A DNA stretch of 64,000 nt from an uncultured Gammaproteobacteria bacterium. GTDB lineage: Bacteria; Patescibacteriota; Microgenomatia; 0-14-0-10-38-17. The stretch lies in the NCBI GenBank assembly GCA_964348895.1, contig CAYGEH010000001.1, positions 610,254-674,253 on the forward strand. The letters run 5' to 3'. The translations under genes and the position numbers were made by a program. Positions 57,415-64,000 of this stretch are shown in pieces; the first letter of the stretch is position 1, and every line of letters starts with the position of its first letter. A model generated the notes under the pieces. That model worked only from the letters and a program-made list of their open reading frames with translations. It was not told where the DNA came from and made no database searches.

Positions 57415-58596
57415 TTATTTTTTTCTTTCTTCTATTCTACATCTAGACACCGATAGTACCAACCCCAGTCCGGCCAAAAGAACAATTAAAGAAGAGCCAC
57501 CATAGGAGATAAAAGGCAAAGGAATGCCGGTTAAAGGGAAAATGCCAACAATTGCCCCTAAGTTAATAATAGTTTGAATACCGATTAGGGTTCCAACTCC
57601 AGCGCAGATTAACTGTCCAAAGCGGTCTGGGGCTCTGGTGGCCAGTTTTAAGCAAGCCAGGGTTAATAAAGCTAAAAGAAAAATTAAAATGGTTGCCCCC
57701 AAAAAACCTAGCTCTTCACCAACGACGGCAAAAATAGAATCAGTAACCACTTCAGGTAAATAAGCATATTTCTGTCTTCCTTGTCCGATTCCTTGGCCAA
57801 ACATCCCCCCTGAGCCTAGTGCGATTAAAATTTGTTGAGTGTGATAAGAAGCGCCTTGGGGATCACGAGTAGGGTTTAGAAAAGTGAGCAACCTTGCTTG
57901 TCGATATGGAGAAATTATTATTAATAAAAAACCAATCGCTAAACCCAAAAACGAAAAGAGTGCTATTTTCCAGGTGGGAGTTTCGGCCAAAAAAGCTAAG
58001 CAGAAACCAGTGGCCACAATAATAATGGTGGTGCCCAAGTGTGGTCCTAACATAATCAGCCCAGCCATTGTTAGCAAAACAATCAAGAACGGCCAAATGG
58101 GACCAGAGTTAGGTCGCTGAAAGTTAATTTTTTCATTAACTGTTATTGCCTTTTTTTTAACAGGAGCTAATATTTTGTCAAAAAAGCTGGCACCCCAAAT
58201 CACCAGGGCTAGTTTGGCAAATTCAGAAGGTTGAAAACTAAAACCACCTATCTCTAGCCAGCGTTGAGCCCCCAAGCGTCTTTGTCCTAGGCCAGGGATT
58301 AAGACTGCCACCAGAGAAATTAAAGAGATTGCTAAAAGCCAGTTGGTCCAAGGTCTTAATCTTTGATAATTGGTAAAAGAGATAATTGTCATCAAAACTA
58401 AGCCGACCACCAGCCAAACTGCTTGACGCTTGAGATAGTGAAACTGGTCACCAAAATCGGCTTGAGCCACAACCACAGAAGCGTTAGTAATAATTATTAA
58501 ACCTAAAAAAGAAAGTAGTAGAGTTAGGATTAAAATCAACCAGTCAGGGTGAAGAGGCTGTTTATTGTGAGCGTTGCTTTTTTTGGGCCAAATCAT
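57415..58596 (-). CDS. ftsW: SEDS-family FtsW (lipid II flippase/peptidoglycan polymerase). The start is probably the internal ATG at 58596 rather than the ORF-track start at 58686.
   Basis: About 10 transmembrane segments, FtsW/RodA C-terminal motif (PLTGIPLPFISYGGSS). The upstream extension overlaps murD by 125 nt and is poorly conserved. Confidence 0.8.
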   Translation of the reverse strand: MIWPKKSNAHNKQPLHPDWLILILTLLLSFLGLIIITNASVVVAQADFGDQFHYLKRQAVWLVVGLVLMTIISFTNYQRLRPWTNWLLAISLISLVAVLIPGLGQRRLGAQRWLEIGGFSFQPSEFAKLALVIWGASFFDKILAPVKKKAITVNEKINFQRPNSGPIWPFLIVLLTMAGLIMLGPHLGTTIIIVATGFCLAFLAETPTWKIALFSFLGLAIGFLLIIISPYRQARLLTFLNPTRDPQGASYHTQQILIALGSGGMFGQGIGQGRQKYAYLPEVVTDSIFAVVGEELGFLGATILIFLLALLTLACLKLATRAPDRFGQLICAGVGTLIGIQTIINLGAIVGIFPLTGIPLPFISYGGSSLIVLLAGLGLVLSVSRCRIEERKK

Positions 58597-59911
58597 TAAT
58601 AATTTTTTTAAACTGATTACCGCGATCAAATTCGTTTTTAAACATATTAAAACTGGCTGCGGCAGGAGATAACAAGACAATGTCATCGGCCTTGGCGACT
58701 TGATAAGACATGGTTACCGCAGGCAGTAGTTTATCAAATGGGCCAAAAATAGTTGTTTTGAGGGCTTGTTTTTTAATTTCTGCTTTGATTTTGTCAGTTG
58801 CTGACCCAGCAAGAAGAATTATGGCTTTTAGGTTTTTTTGTTTTTGAGCAGTTTTTATTAAAGTGACAAAATCAAGATTTTTGTCTGCCCCGCCCATAAT
58901 TAAAACTAATGGTTGAGAAAAACTTTTAATAGCCATTTGAGTGGCAGTTGGATTGGTGGCGGCACTATCATTGTAGAATTTTACTCCAGCAACAGAGTCA
59001 ACAAACTCTAGTCGATGACTTAAGCCAGTGAAGTCGACAATTCCTTTTTTAATAGAACTTTTTTTTAGTTTTAAAACTTTGGCAACGGCTAAAACGGCAG
59101 CGATATTAGTTAGGTTGTGTTTACCAGGAAGCTGAATTTTCGATCGCCACCCCTTGGGAACATCTTTTTTTGAAAACAAAACCACCCTTCCTAAAGATTC
59201 TTGCTGTATTTTTTTGGTCCAAGAATTTTCTTGGTTAAGAATAAGATAGTCATTTTTGTTTTGAGAAGAAAAGATCAGTCTTTTGGCGGCAACATAATCC
59301 TCCATTGAAGAATAGCGGTTTAGATGATCGGGAAAAATATTAGTAATTAAACTGATATGGGGAGAATCTTGTTGCTCTCTTAACCCCTCTAATTGCCAAG
59401 AAGATAGTTCTAAAACAACCCAAGTATCCTTATCTATTTTGGGAATAATTTCTAACATAGAAACACCTAAATTTCCCCCAGCAACAACCCTTAGTCCAGC
59501 AGAAGACAGAGCCTGTTGAATTAAAACAGTCGTTGTTGTTTTTCCCTTAGTGCCGGTAACCCCAATAATTTTTTCTCTAAAACGAGAGCACTCCTCCCAA
59601 AAAAGGTTAATTTCCATTAAAATTGGTTTTTTATGTTGACGAGCAACTTTTAAAAATAAAGAGTTGACTGGAACATCAGGGTTTCTAACAACAAAATCAG
59701 TGTTTTTAAAATCAACCTCGCGATGTTTACCAAGGACATACTTTACTGGTAAATCAGAAATTCTTTTAAGAGTTGGAGCTAGTTGATCTTTGGTTTTTAG
59801 ATCAGTTACAGTTACCATTGCTCCTTTATTAACTAAATAGCGAACAACTCCTTCTCCTCCACCATGGATTCCCAGGCCCATCACTAAAGCCTTCTTGTTT
59901 TTTAATTTCAT
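58562..59911 (-). CDS. murD: UDP-N-acetylmuramoylalanine--D-glutamate ligase. The start is probably the ATG at 59911 (MKLKNKKALVMGLG...), not the ORF-track start at 60076.
   Basis: KKALVMGLGIHGGGEGVVRYLVNKGAMVTVTDLK Rossmann N-terminus, Mur-ligase P-loop GVTGTKGKTTT. The upstream 55 codons are Cys-rich junk overlapping mraY. Confidence 0.85.
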   Translation of the reverse strand: MKLKNKKALVMGLGIHGGGEGVVRYLVNKGAMVTVTDLKTKDQLAPTLKRISDLPVKYVLGKHREVDFKNTDFVVRNPDVPVNSLFLKVARQHKKPILMEINLFWEECSRFREKIIGVTGTKGKTTTTVLIQQALSSAGLRVVAGGNLGVSMLEIIPKIDKDTWVVLELSSWQLEGLREQQDSPHISLITNIFPDHLNRYSSMEDYVAAKRLIFSSQNKNDYLILNQENSWTKKIQQESLGRVVLFSKKDVPKGWRSKIQLPGKHNLTNIAAVLAVAKVLKLKKSSIKKGIVDFTGLSHRLEFVDSVAGVKFYNDSAATNPTATQMAIKSFSQPLVLIMGGADKNLDFVTLIKTAQKQKNLKAIILLAGSATDKIKAEIKKQALKTTIFGPFDKLLPAVTMSYQVAKADDIVLLSPAAASFNMFKNEFDRGNQFKKIINDLAQKKQRSQ

Positions 59912-59934
59912 TATTTTTTTTAAAAAAATAAGAA

Positions 59935-60966
59935 CTAGAAAGTGGATAACCAAAGACCAAAAACAGCCAAAATTATTCCTGCAACCCAAGCACGAGAAAC
60001 AATCTTGGGTTCTTCCCAGCCACGATCTCTTAGCCAAAGATGAAATGGTGCTGCTCGAAAAAGTTTTTTGCCCCAAACACTTTTAGCTATCATTTGAGAT
60101 AGACTAAAAAAAGCCTCAACTATAAAAATGCCACCAATTACGGTTAGGGCAACAATTTTCCCTAACATCAAACCAATAACGGCCAGAGTAGAACCAAAAG
60201 CCATGGCGCCAGTGTCGCCCAAAAAGATGCGAGCAGGATAAACATTAAAATAAAGAAAAGCAATCAAGGCCCCAATCCAAATTGCTGAAAAAACCGTCAT
60301 CGGAGTGTCAAGAACTTGAAAAGAGATAATTGAAAAAGCAAACAAAGCAATCATCAGCAAACCACAGGCTAAACCATCAAGACCATCAGTTATATTAAAG
60401 GCATTGGCAAAGCTAACAATAATAAGGGCGGCCAGGGGAATATAAAAAATTCCGATGTCAAAGAAGTTAAAATTAGGAATGTTAACAATGCTAATACCCA
60501 GATCAAAATAAAGCAAGCTAGCTACGATTAAAGCCAAAAACCACTGAAGGGCAAATTTATACTTTAAGCGTAAGCCAAAAATTCCCTGTCGTTCAATCTT
60601 AAAAATTTTCTTTAGGTCGTCAAAAAAACCAAGAAGCCCAAAGCTTAGAAAGGTAAAAAGAAGAATGCTTATTTCTTTAATTAAGGGAAAAGAGGCAGAA
60701 ATATGAAACTGGTAATAGTGAAGGAAAAAGAGAACAAGAAGAAAAAGGACGGTCATAATAATCACCAACAAAATTCCGCCACCAACAGGAGTTCCAGCCT
60801 TGCCCTGATTATATTTATCAAAAATAGGAGTTCTGACTCCCAAAAAGTCGTGGGTTTCTTGCTTTTTTCTTAAGAACTTTTTTCGGTAGAGAAAATTAAT
60901 AAAAGGAACAATTAAAGCACTGGTAATTACAAAAGAGAGTAAAATTAAGCCGAAGAATAAGCGCAT
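59935..60966 (-). CDS. mraY: Phospho-N-acetylmuramoyl-pentapeptide transferase.
   Basis: 10 transmembrane segments; DDLKKIF, NAFNITDGLDGLA and VFLGDTGAMAFG MraY/WecA family motifs. Confidence 0.9.
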   Translation of the reverse strand: MRLFFGLILLSFVITSALIVPFINFLYRKKFLRKKQETHDFLGVRTPIFDKYNQGKAGTPVGGGILLVIIMTVLFLLVLFFLHYYQFHISASFPLIKEISILLFTFLSFGLLGFFDDLKKIFKIERQGIFGLRLKYKFALQWFLALIVASLLYFDLGISIVNIPNFNFFDIGIFYIPLAALIIVSFANAFNITDGLDGLACGLLMIALFAFSIISFQVLDTPMTVFSAIWIGALIAFLYFNVYPARIFLGDTGAMAFGSTLAVIGLMLGKIVALTVIGGIFIVEAFFSLSQMIAKSVWGKKLFRAAPFHLWLRDRGWEEPKIVSRAWVAGIILAVFGLWLSTF

Positions 60967-61101
60967 ATTTTATTATAAAAAATAAAAAAAATGACTGTTT
61001 TAACAAAAACTAAGATATAAAAATCAAGCGAAAAAAAATCTTAAACTAAGGATTTTAGCCTTAAATTAATCCTAATTTCTTTATTAGATAAATCTTTCTA
61101 A

Positions 61102-62352
61102 TCAAGGATGTTTTTGATTAACCCTATCGCATTCTGAACAATGAAAGTAATTATGACAGGAAATTTTTTCACAATCAACCTTCTTTTCTGATAATAACAG
61201 TAAAATCCTTTCTAAATGTTTTAAGCGAGAACCCTTAAGATACCAGAGGGTTTGAGGGGTTAAAAACTTTTTTAAAACTTTAGCCACTTCTTGGTGACTT
61301 TCTGTATAAAAAATTTTATCTTTTGCCAGTCCTCCTTTGATTGCACCTTGAACAATTTTTTTAGTCGCTGGTCCTAGGGTGATTAAATAATCAATATTCT
61401 TTAGTTTAGCTAAAAAAAGACCAATTCGGTGGTGTTCTTGGGCTTGGTATTGACCAAGTTCTCCCATTTCTCCCAAAACCGCGATCCTGGGACCATTATG
61501 ATTAATAACCGAGAGGGTTTTTAACCCAGCCATTGTAGAGGCAGGGTTAGCTCGTAAAGAGTCGTTGATAAGCAAGCTTTTTTTGGGACCAGCCTCTAAA
61601 CTCATTCTGCCAGACAAAGGGGCAAGTTTTTCTAACGATTGATAAATTTTTTTATCATTTAAGCTAACTCCCAAAACCCTAGCCGTTGCTAGGGCGGCCA
61701 TGGCTTCTTGAGCAAAATGTTCTCCCAAGAGCTGAAGATTGATCTTTTTTTTGATTAATTTTTTATTTTCCTTAAAATTAACTTCAAAAGAAGTTCCTTT
61801 TTTAGTAACCTTGATGTTGCTAGCATAAAAATCAAAAAACTTACTTGAGCCATAACTAATAATTGGGCAACCTGCCTTTTCGGCCATTTTAATTACCCTA
61901 GAATCATCAAAGTTCAATATTGCTCTGCCATCAGAGGGTAGGGCCTCGAGCAACTTCCCTTTTTCTTTGACAATTCCTTCAATGGAACCAAGCAGATTTT
62001 GATCAGAATGGACTGGGGTAATGCCAGTAACAATAGTTACCGCTGGCTTAACCAAGCCAAGATGCTGGGTCATTTCTCCTTTTCGATCAATGCCGTACTC
62101 TAAAACAGCAACCTCAGTTTGGTTATTAATTTTTAATAAAGTAAGAGGCAGATTATAAACGGTATCCAAATTAATATCGGTGGAGATGACATTAAAATAA
62201 TTTTTAAGAACTGCCTCAACTGCTTTGGCGGTATTAGTTTTACCATAACTACCAGTGATGCCGACAATTTTAATGCTAGGATGGAGGTCCAACCAGGCTT
62301 TAGCTAATTTTCTTCTAATAAAGCGAAAAGCTTTCCTTATCTGGCTAGTCAT
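61102..62352 (-). CDS. murF: UDP-N-acetylmuramoyl-tripeptide--D-alanyl-D-alanine ligase, short form with a Cys-rich C-terminal tail.
   Basis: VGITGSYGKTNTAKAV P-loop, INDSLRANPASTMAGLKTL (MurF DDSYNANP equivalent), RIAVLGEMGELG. The C-terminus ends CEKISCHNYFHCSECD. Confidence 0.8.
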   Translation of the reverse strand: MTSQIRKAFRFIRRKLAKAWLDLHPSIKIVGITGSYGKTNTAKAVEAVLKNYFNVISTDINLDTVYNLPLTLLKINNQTEVAVLEYGIDRKGEMTQHLGLVKPAVTIVTGITPVHSDQNLLGSIEGIVKEKGKLLEALPSDGRAILNFDDSRVIKMAEKAGCPIISYGSSKFFDFYASNIKVTKKGTSFEVNFKENKKLIKKKINLQLLGEHFAQEAMAALATARVLGVSLNDKKIYQSLEKLAPLSGRMSLEAGPKKSLLINDSLRANPASTMAGLKTLSVINHNGPRIAVLGEMGELGQYQAQEHHRIGLFLAKLKNIDYLITLGPATKKIVQGAIKGGLAKDKIFYTESHQEVAKVLKKFLTPQTLWYLKGSRLKHLERILLLLSEKKVDCEKISCHNYFHCSECDRVNQKHP

Positions 62353-63676
62353 GGTTGATTATTTTAATGTTGGCGCCCAGTTCTTTTAGTTTAGGTCCAA
62401 GATCTTCATAGCCTCGGTCGATTACTTGGGCGTTATTAATTTCGCTTATCCCTTGAGCTGCCAGGGCGGCTATAGTCAGAGTAGCCCCATGACGCAAGTC
62501 AATGGCCCTAAACTGAGCACCCCTAAGTGGGGTTGGGCCAGTAACCTTGATGCCATGATAAAGATCGGGATTGACTTCTTGATAATTAAAGTTATAAAAC
62601 TTTTCCGGATTAGCCACTTTTGGTTGGAAAAAGTCAATTTTTGCCCCCATCGTTTTTAATGATTCAACAAAACCAAAACGATCTTCATAAATAGTTTCAA
62701 TAATTTGATTAACGCCGGTCGTTTGGGTTGCTAAAGAAGTCCAAAGAGGCTGCCAGTCAGTTTTAAAGCCAGGAAAGGGCTTGGTAATAACTTTGGTTGC
62801 CCTAAGCTCTTTTTTCCACCAGAAGCGAATTCCCCAACGATAAACCTTAAGGGCTCCACCAATTTGATCAATTTTTTCTAAAAGAGGCTCTAGGTCTTCT
62901 TTTCTGGCCCCTTCAATAGCAATATCCCCTTTGGTGATTAGGGCTGCACAAGCGTAAGAAGCTGCTTCATTGGCGTCAGGCATAACGGCGTGAGTTTGGC
63001 CAAACATTTTGTTTGGTGTGCCAATAATATTAATTCTTCTTTTTGGTAAACGAGTTATTTTGGCTCCAGCAGAGTTTAAAAAAAATATTAAATCATCAAT
63101 TTCTGTTTCTAAGGCAACATTTTCAAGGACCGTTTTTCCCTTGGCAAAAACAGCCAACATAATTAGATTTTCGGTTCCAGTGTGAGTGTTTTTGGCAAAT
63201 CGATAACGAGTTCCTCTTAGGCCCTGAGGGGCAATTACGACAATTTTATTTTTTTTAAATTGATATTTTCCTCCAAGAGCCCTAAAGCCCTCAAGATGGC
63301 GCTCGACTGGTCTTTGTCCAATTTTGTCTCCACCTGGAAAGGGAATTTCGGCCTTCCCAAAAAATTTGATTAAAGGAGGGATGAAAAGAAGCGAAGAGCG
63401 CGAAATGTCTCCAAATTTAGCTGGAATTTTCCATTTATTTAGTCTATTTGGATCAATGAAAATTGTTCTTTCTCCACAGGGGATAGTTTTAGCTCCTAAG
63501 GATTCAATAATTTGTCTAGTTGTTTCAACATCACCAATTTTAGCCAAATTTAACAAACGAGACCGACCCCTTAATAAAAGGCTCGCAATCATAATCTTAA
63601 AGCTGGCGTTTTTTGCTCCTCCCAATCTAATTGCTCCAACTAGGGGCCGACCACCAGTAATGATAAATTTAGACAT
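62345..63676 (-). CDS. murA: UDP-N-acetylglucosamine 1-carboxyvinyltransferase.
   Basis: MSKFIITGGRPLVGAIRLGGAKNASFKIMIASLL (EPSP-synthase fold N-terminus); catalytic-loop Cys region; 443 aa. Confidence 0.9.
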   Translation of the reverse strand: MSKFIITGGRPLVGAIRLGGAKNASFKIMIASLLLRGRSRLLNLAKIGDVETTRQIIESLGAKTIPCGERTIFIDPNRLNKWKIPAKFGDISRSSLLFIPPLIKFFGKAEIPFPGGDKIGQRPVERHLEGFRALGGKYQFKKNKIVVIAPQGLRGTRYRFAKNTHTGTENLIMLAVFAKGKTVLENVALETEIDDLIFFLNSAGAKITRLPKRRINIIGTPNKMFGQTHAVMPDANEAASYACAALITKGDIAIEGARKEDLEPLLEKIDQIGGALKVYRWGIRFWWKKELRATKVITKPFPGFKTDWQPLWTSLATQTTGVNQIIETIYEDRFGFVESLKTMGAKIDFFQPKVANPEKFYNFNYQEVNPDLYHGIKVTGPTPLRGAQFRAIDLRHGATLTIAALAAQGISEINNAQVIDRGYEDLGPKLKELGANIKIINHD

Positions 63677-63768
63677 AACTAAATTTTAAAAAAATAAACC
63701 TTTTTTAAGAATAAAACTAAAAATAACAAAAAATTTTATTTTAAATTAATAATCTTGTTTTTTTCAGT

Positions 63769-64000
63769 CTATTTTATTATATCGGCAATTTCTGATTTAG
63801 CAAAACCAATAAATTTAATTTCTGGTTTGAGTTTAATCTGGTAATGAGAAAAAACTTCTTTTTGAATTAACTTTATTAAAGATAAAACATCTTTTGCTTG
63901 AGCATTATTAGTGTTAACGATAAAGTTAGCGTGTTTGGGGGAAATTTGCGCGTCGCCAATTCTTTTCCCCTTCAGCCCAACTTGATCAATTAGTTGGCCG
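63769..64000 (-). CDS. murB: UDP-N-acetylenolpyruvoylglucosamine reductase, C-terminal part only (the gene continues beyond the window end).
   Basis: Hand translation gives ...GQLIDQVGLKGKRIGDAQISPKHANFIVNTNNAQAKDVLSLIKLIQKEVFSHYQIKLKPEIKFIGF*, matching the MurB C-terminal domain (G.A.IS.KHANFIVN). Confidence 0.7.
   Translation of the reverse strand, partial: GQLIDQVGLKGKRIGDAQISPKHANFIVNTNNAQAKDVLSLIKLIQKEVFSHYQIKLKPEIKFIGFAKSEIADIIK

Noticed and set aside
58597-58686. N-terminal 30-codon extension of ftsW, and the 55-codon extension of murD (59912-60076) from the ORF track.
   Set aside because: The extensions overlap the upstream genes (murD and mraY), are not conserved-looking (Cys/Trp-rich), and internal ATGs give canonical N-termini. 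They are treated as over-calls, not novel domains.
1-64000. Alternative genetic code (e.g. UGA recoding, as in some CPR lineages).
   Set aside because: All conserved genes (uvrB, dnaE, clpB, ileS, ftsZ, etc.) translate full-length with standard stops and expected lengths, so there is no sign of in-frame UGA read-through.
1-64000. CRISPR arrays, transposases, integrases, and DGR/retron reverse transcriptases.
   Set aside because: No regularly spaced direct repeats, and no DDE/HUH/tyrosine-recombinase or reverse-transcriptase (YxDD) motifs were recognised in any ORF. The tRNA-flanked island therefore has no visible mobility gene in this window.

Overview
This 64 kb window looks like a densely packed bacterial chromosome segment. 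It is low-GC (roughly high-30s %), uses the standard genetic code, has short intergenic spacers, and most genes lie on the minus strand. The gene content (sortase-anchored surface proteins, an incomplete dcw cluster, small proteins, many tRNAs) resembles a small-genome CPR/Patescibacteria-like or Gram-positive-like organism; that assignment is my inference, not a measurement.

Core content, left to right:
- uvrA (truncated at the window edge), then a sortase plus two surface proteins, then divergent uvrB-map-lexA.
- A DedA-like membrane protein and rsmI.
- A gluconeogenic block: gpmI-eno-ppsA.
- A cupin protein and a phosphomannomutase/phosphoglucomutase.
- Four poorly characterised genes (a short holA-like gene, an HExxH protein, an EF-Tu-domain-2-like protein, and a 342 aa unknown).
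- tRNA-Glu and tRNA-Lys.
- An M29 aminopeptidase, yraN-rplS, dnaE, and gatC-gatA-MFS-gatB.
- A stress block: clpB-htpX-lemA.
- PolX.
- tRNA-Asp, a LysM protein, tRNA-Gly and tRNA-Thr.
- An envelope island: an Ig-like protein, a degenerate GT2, an intact GT2, a GT4, and an 837 aa lectin-lipase fusion. It is closed by tRNA-Val.
- A methyltransferase, lepB, parB, rpmA-rplU, rodA, ileS, tyrS.
- A reduced dcw cluster: murB-murA-murF-mraY-murD-ftsW-murG-ftsQ-ftsA-ftsZ.

The most unusual items are:
- The sortase/giant-adhesin cassette wedged between uvrA and uvrB.
- The tRNA-bounded glycosyltransferase and lectin-lipase island.
- A GC-atypical islet between ileS and tyrS. It carries a 71 aa ORF preceded by a Shine-Dalgarno site, followed by a 12 bp perfect inverted repeat.
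- An MFS transporter inserted inside gatCAB.
- A pseudo-glycosyltransferase that lacks the DxD motif.

No CRISPR array, transposase or integrase was recognised.
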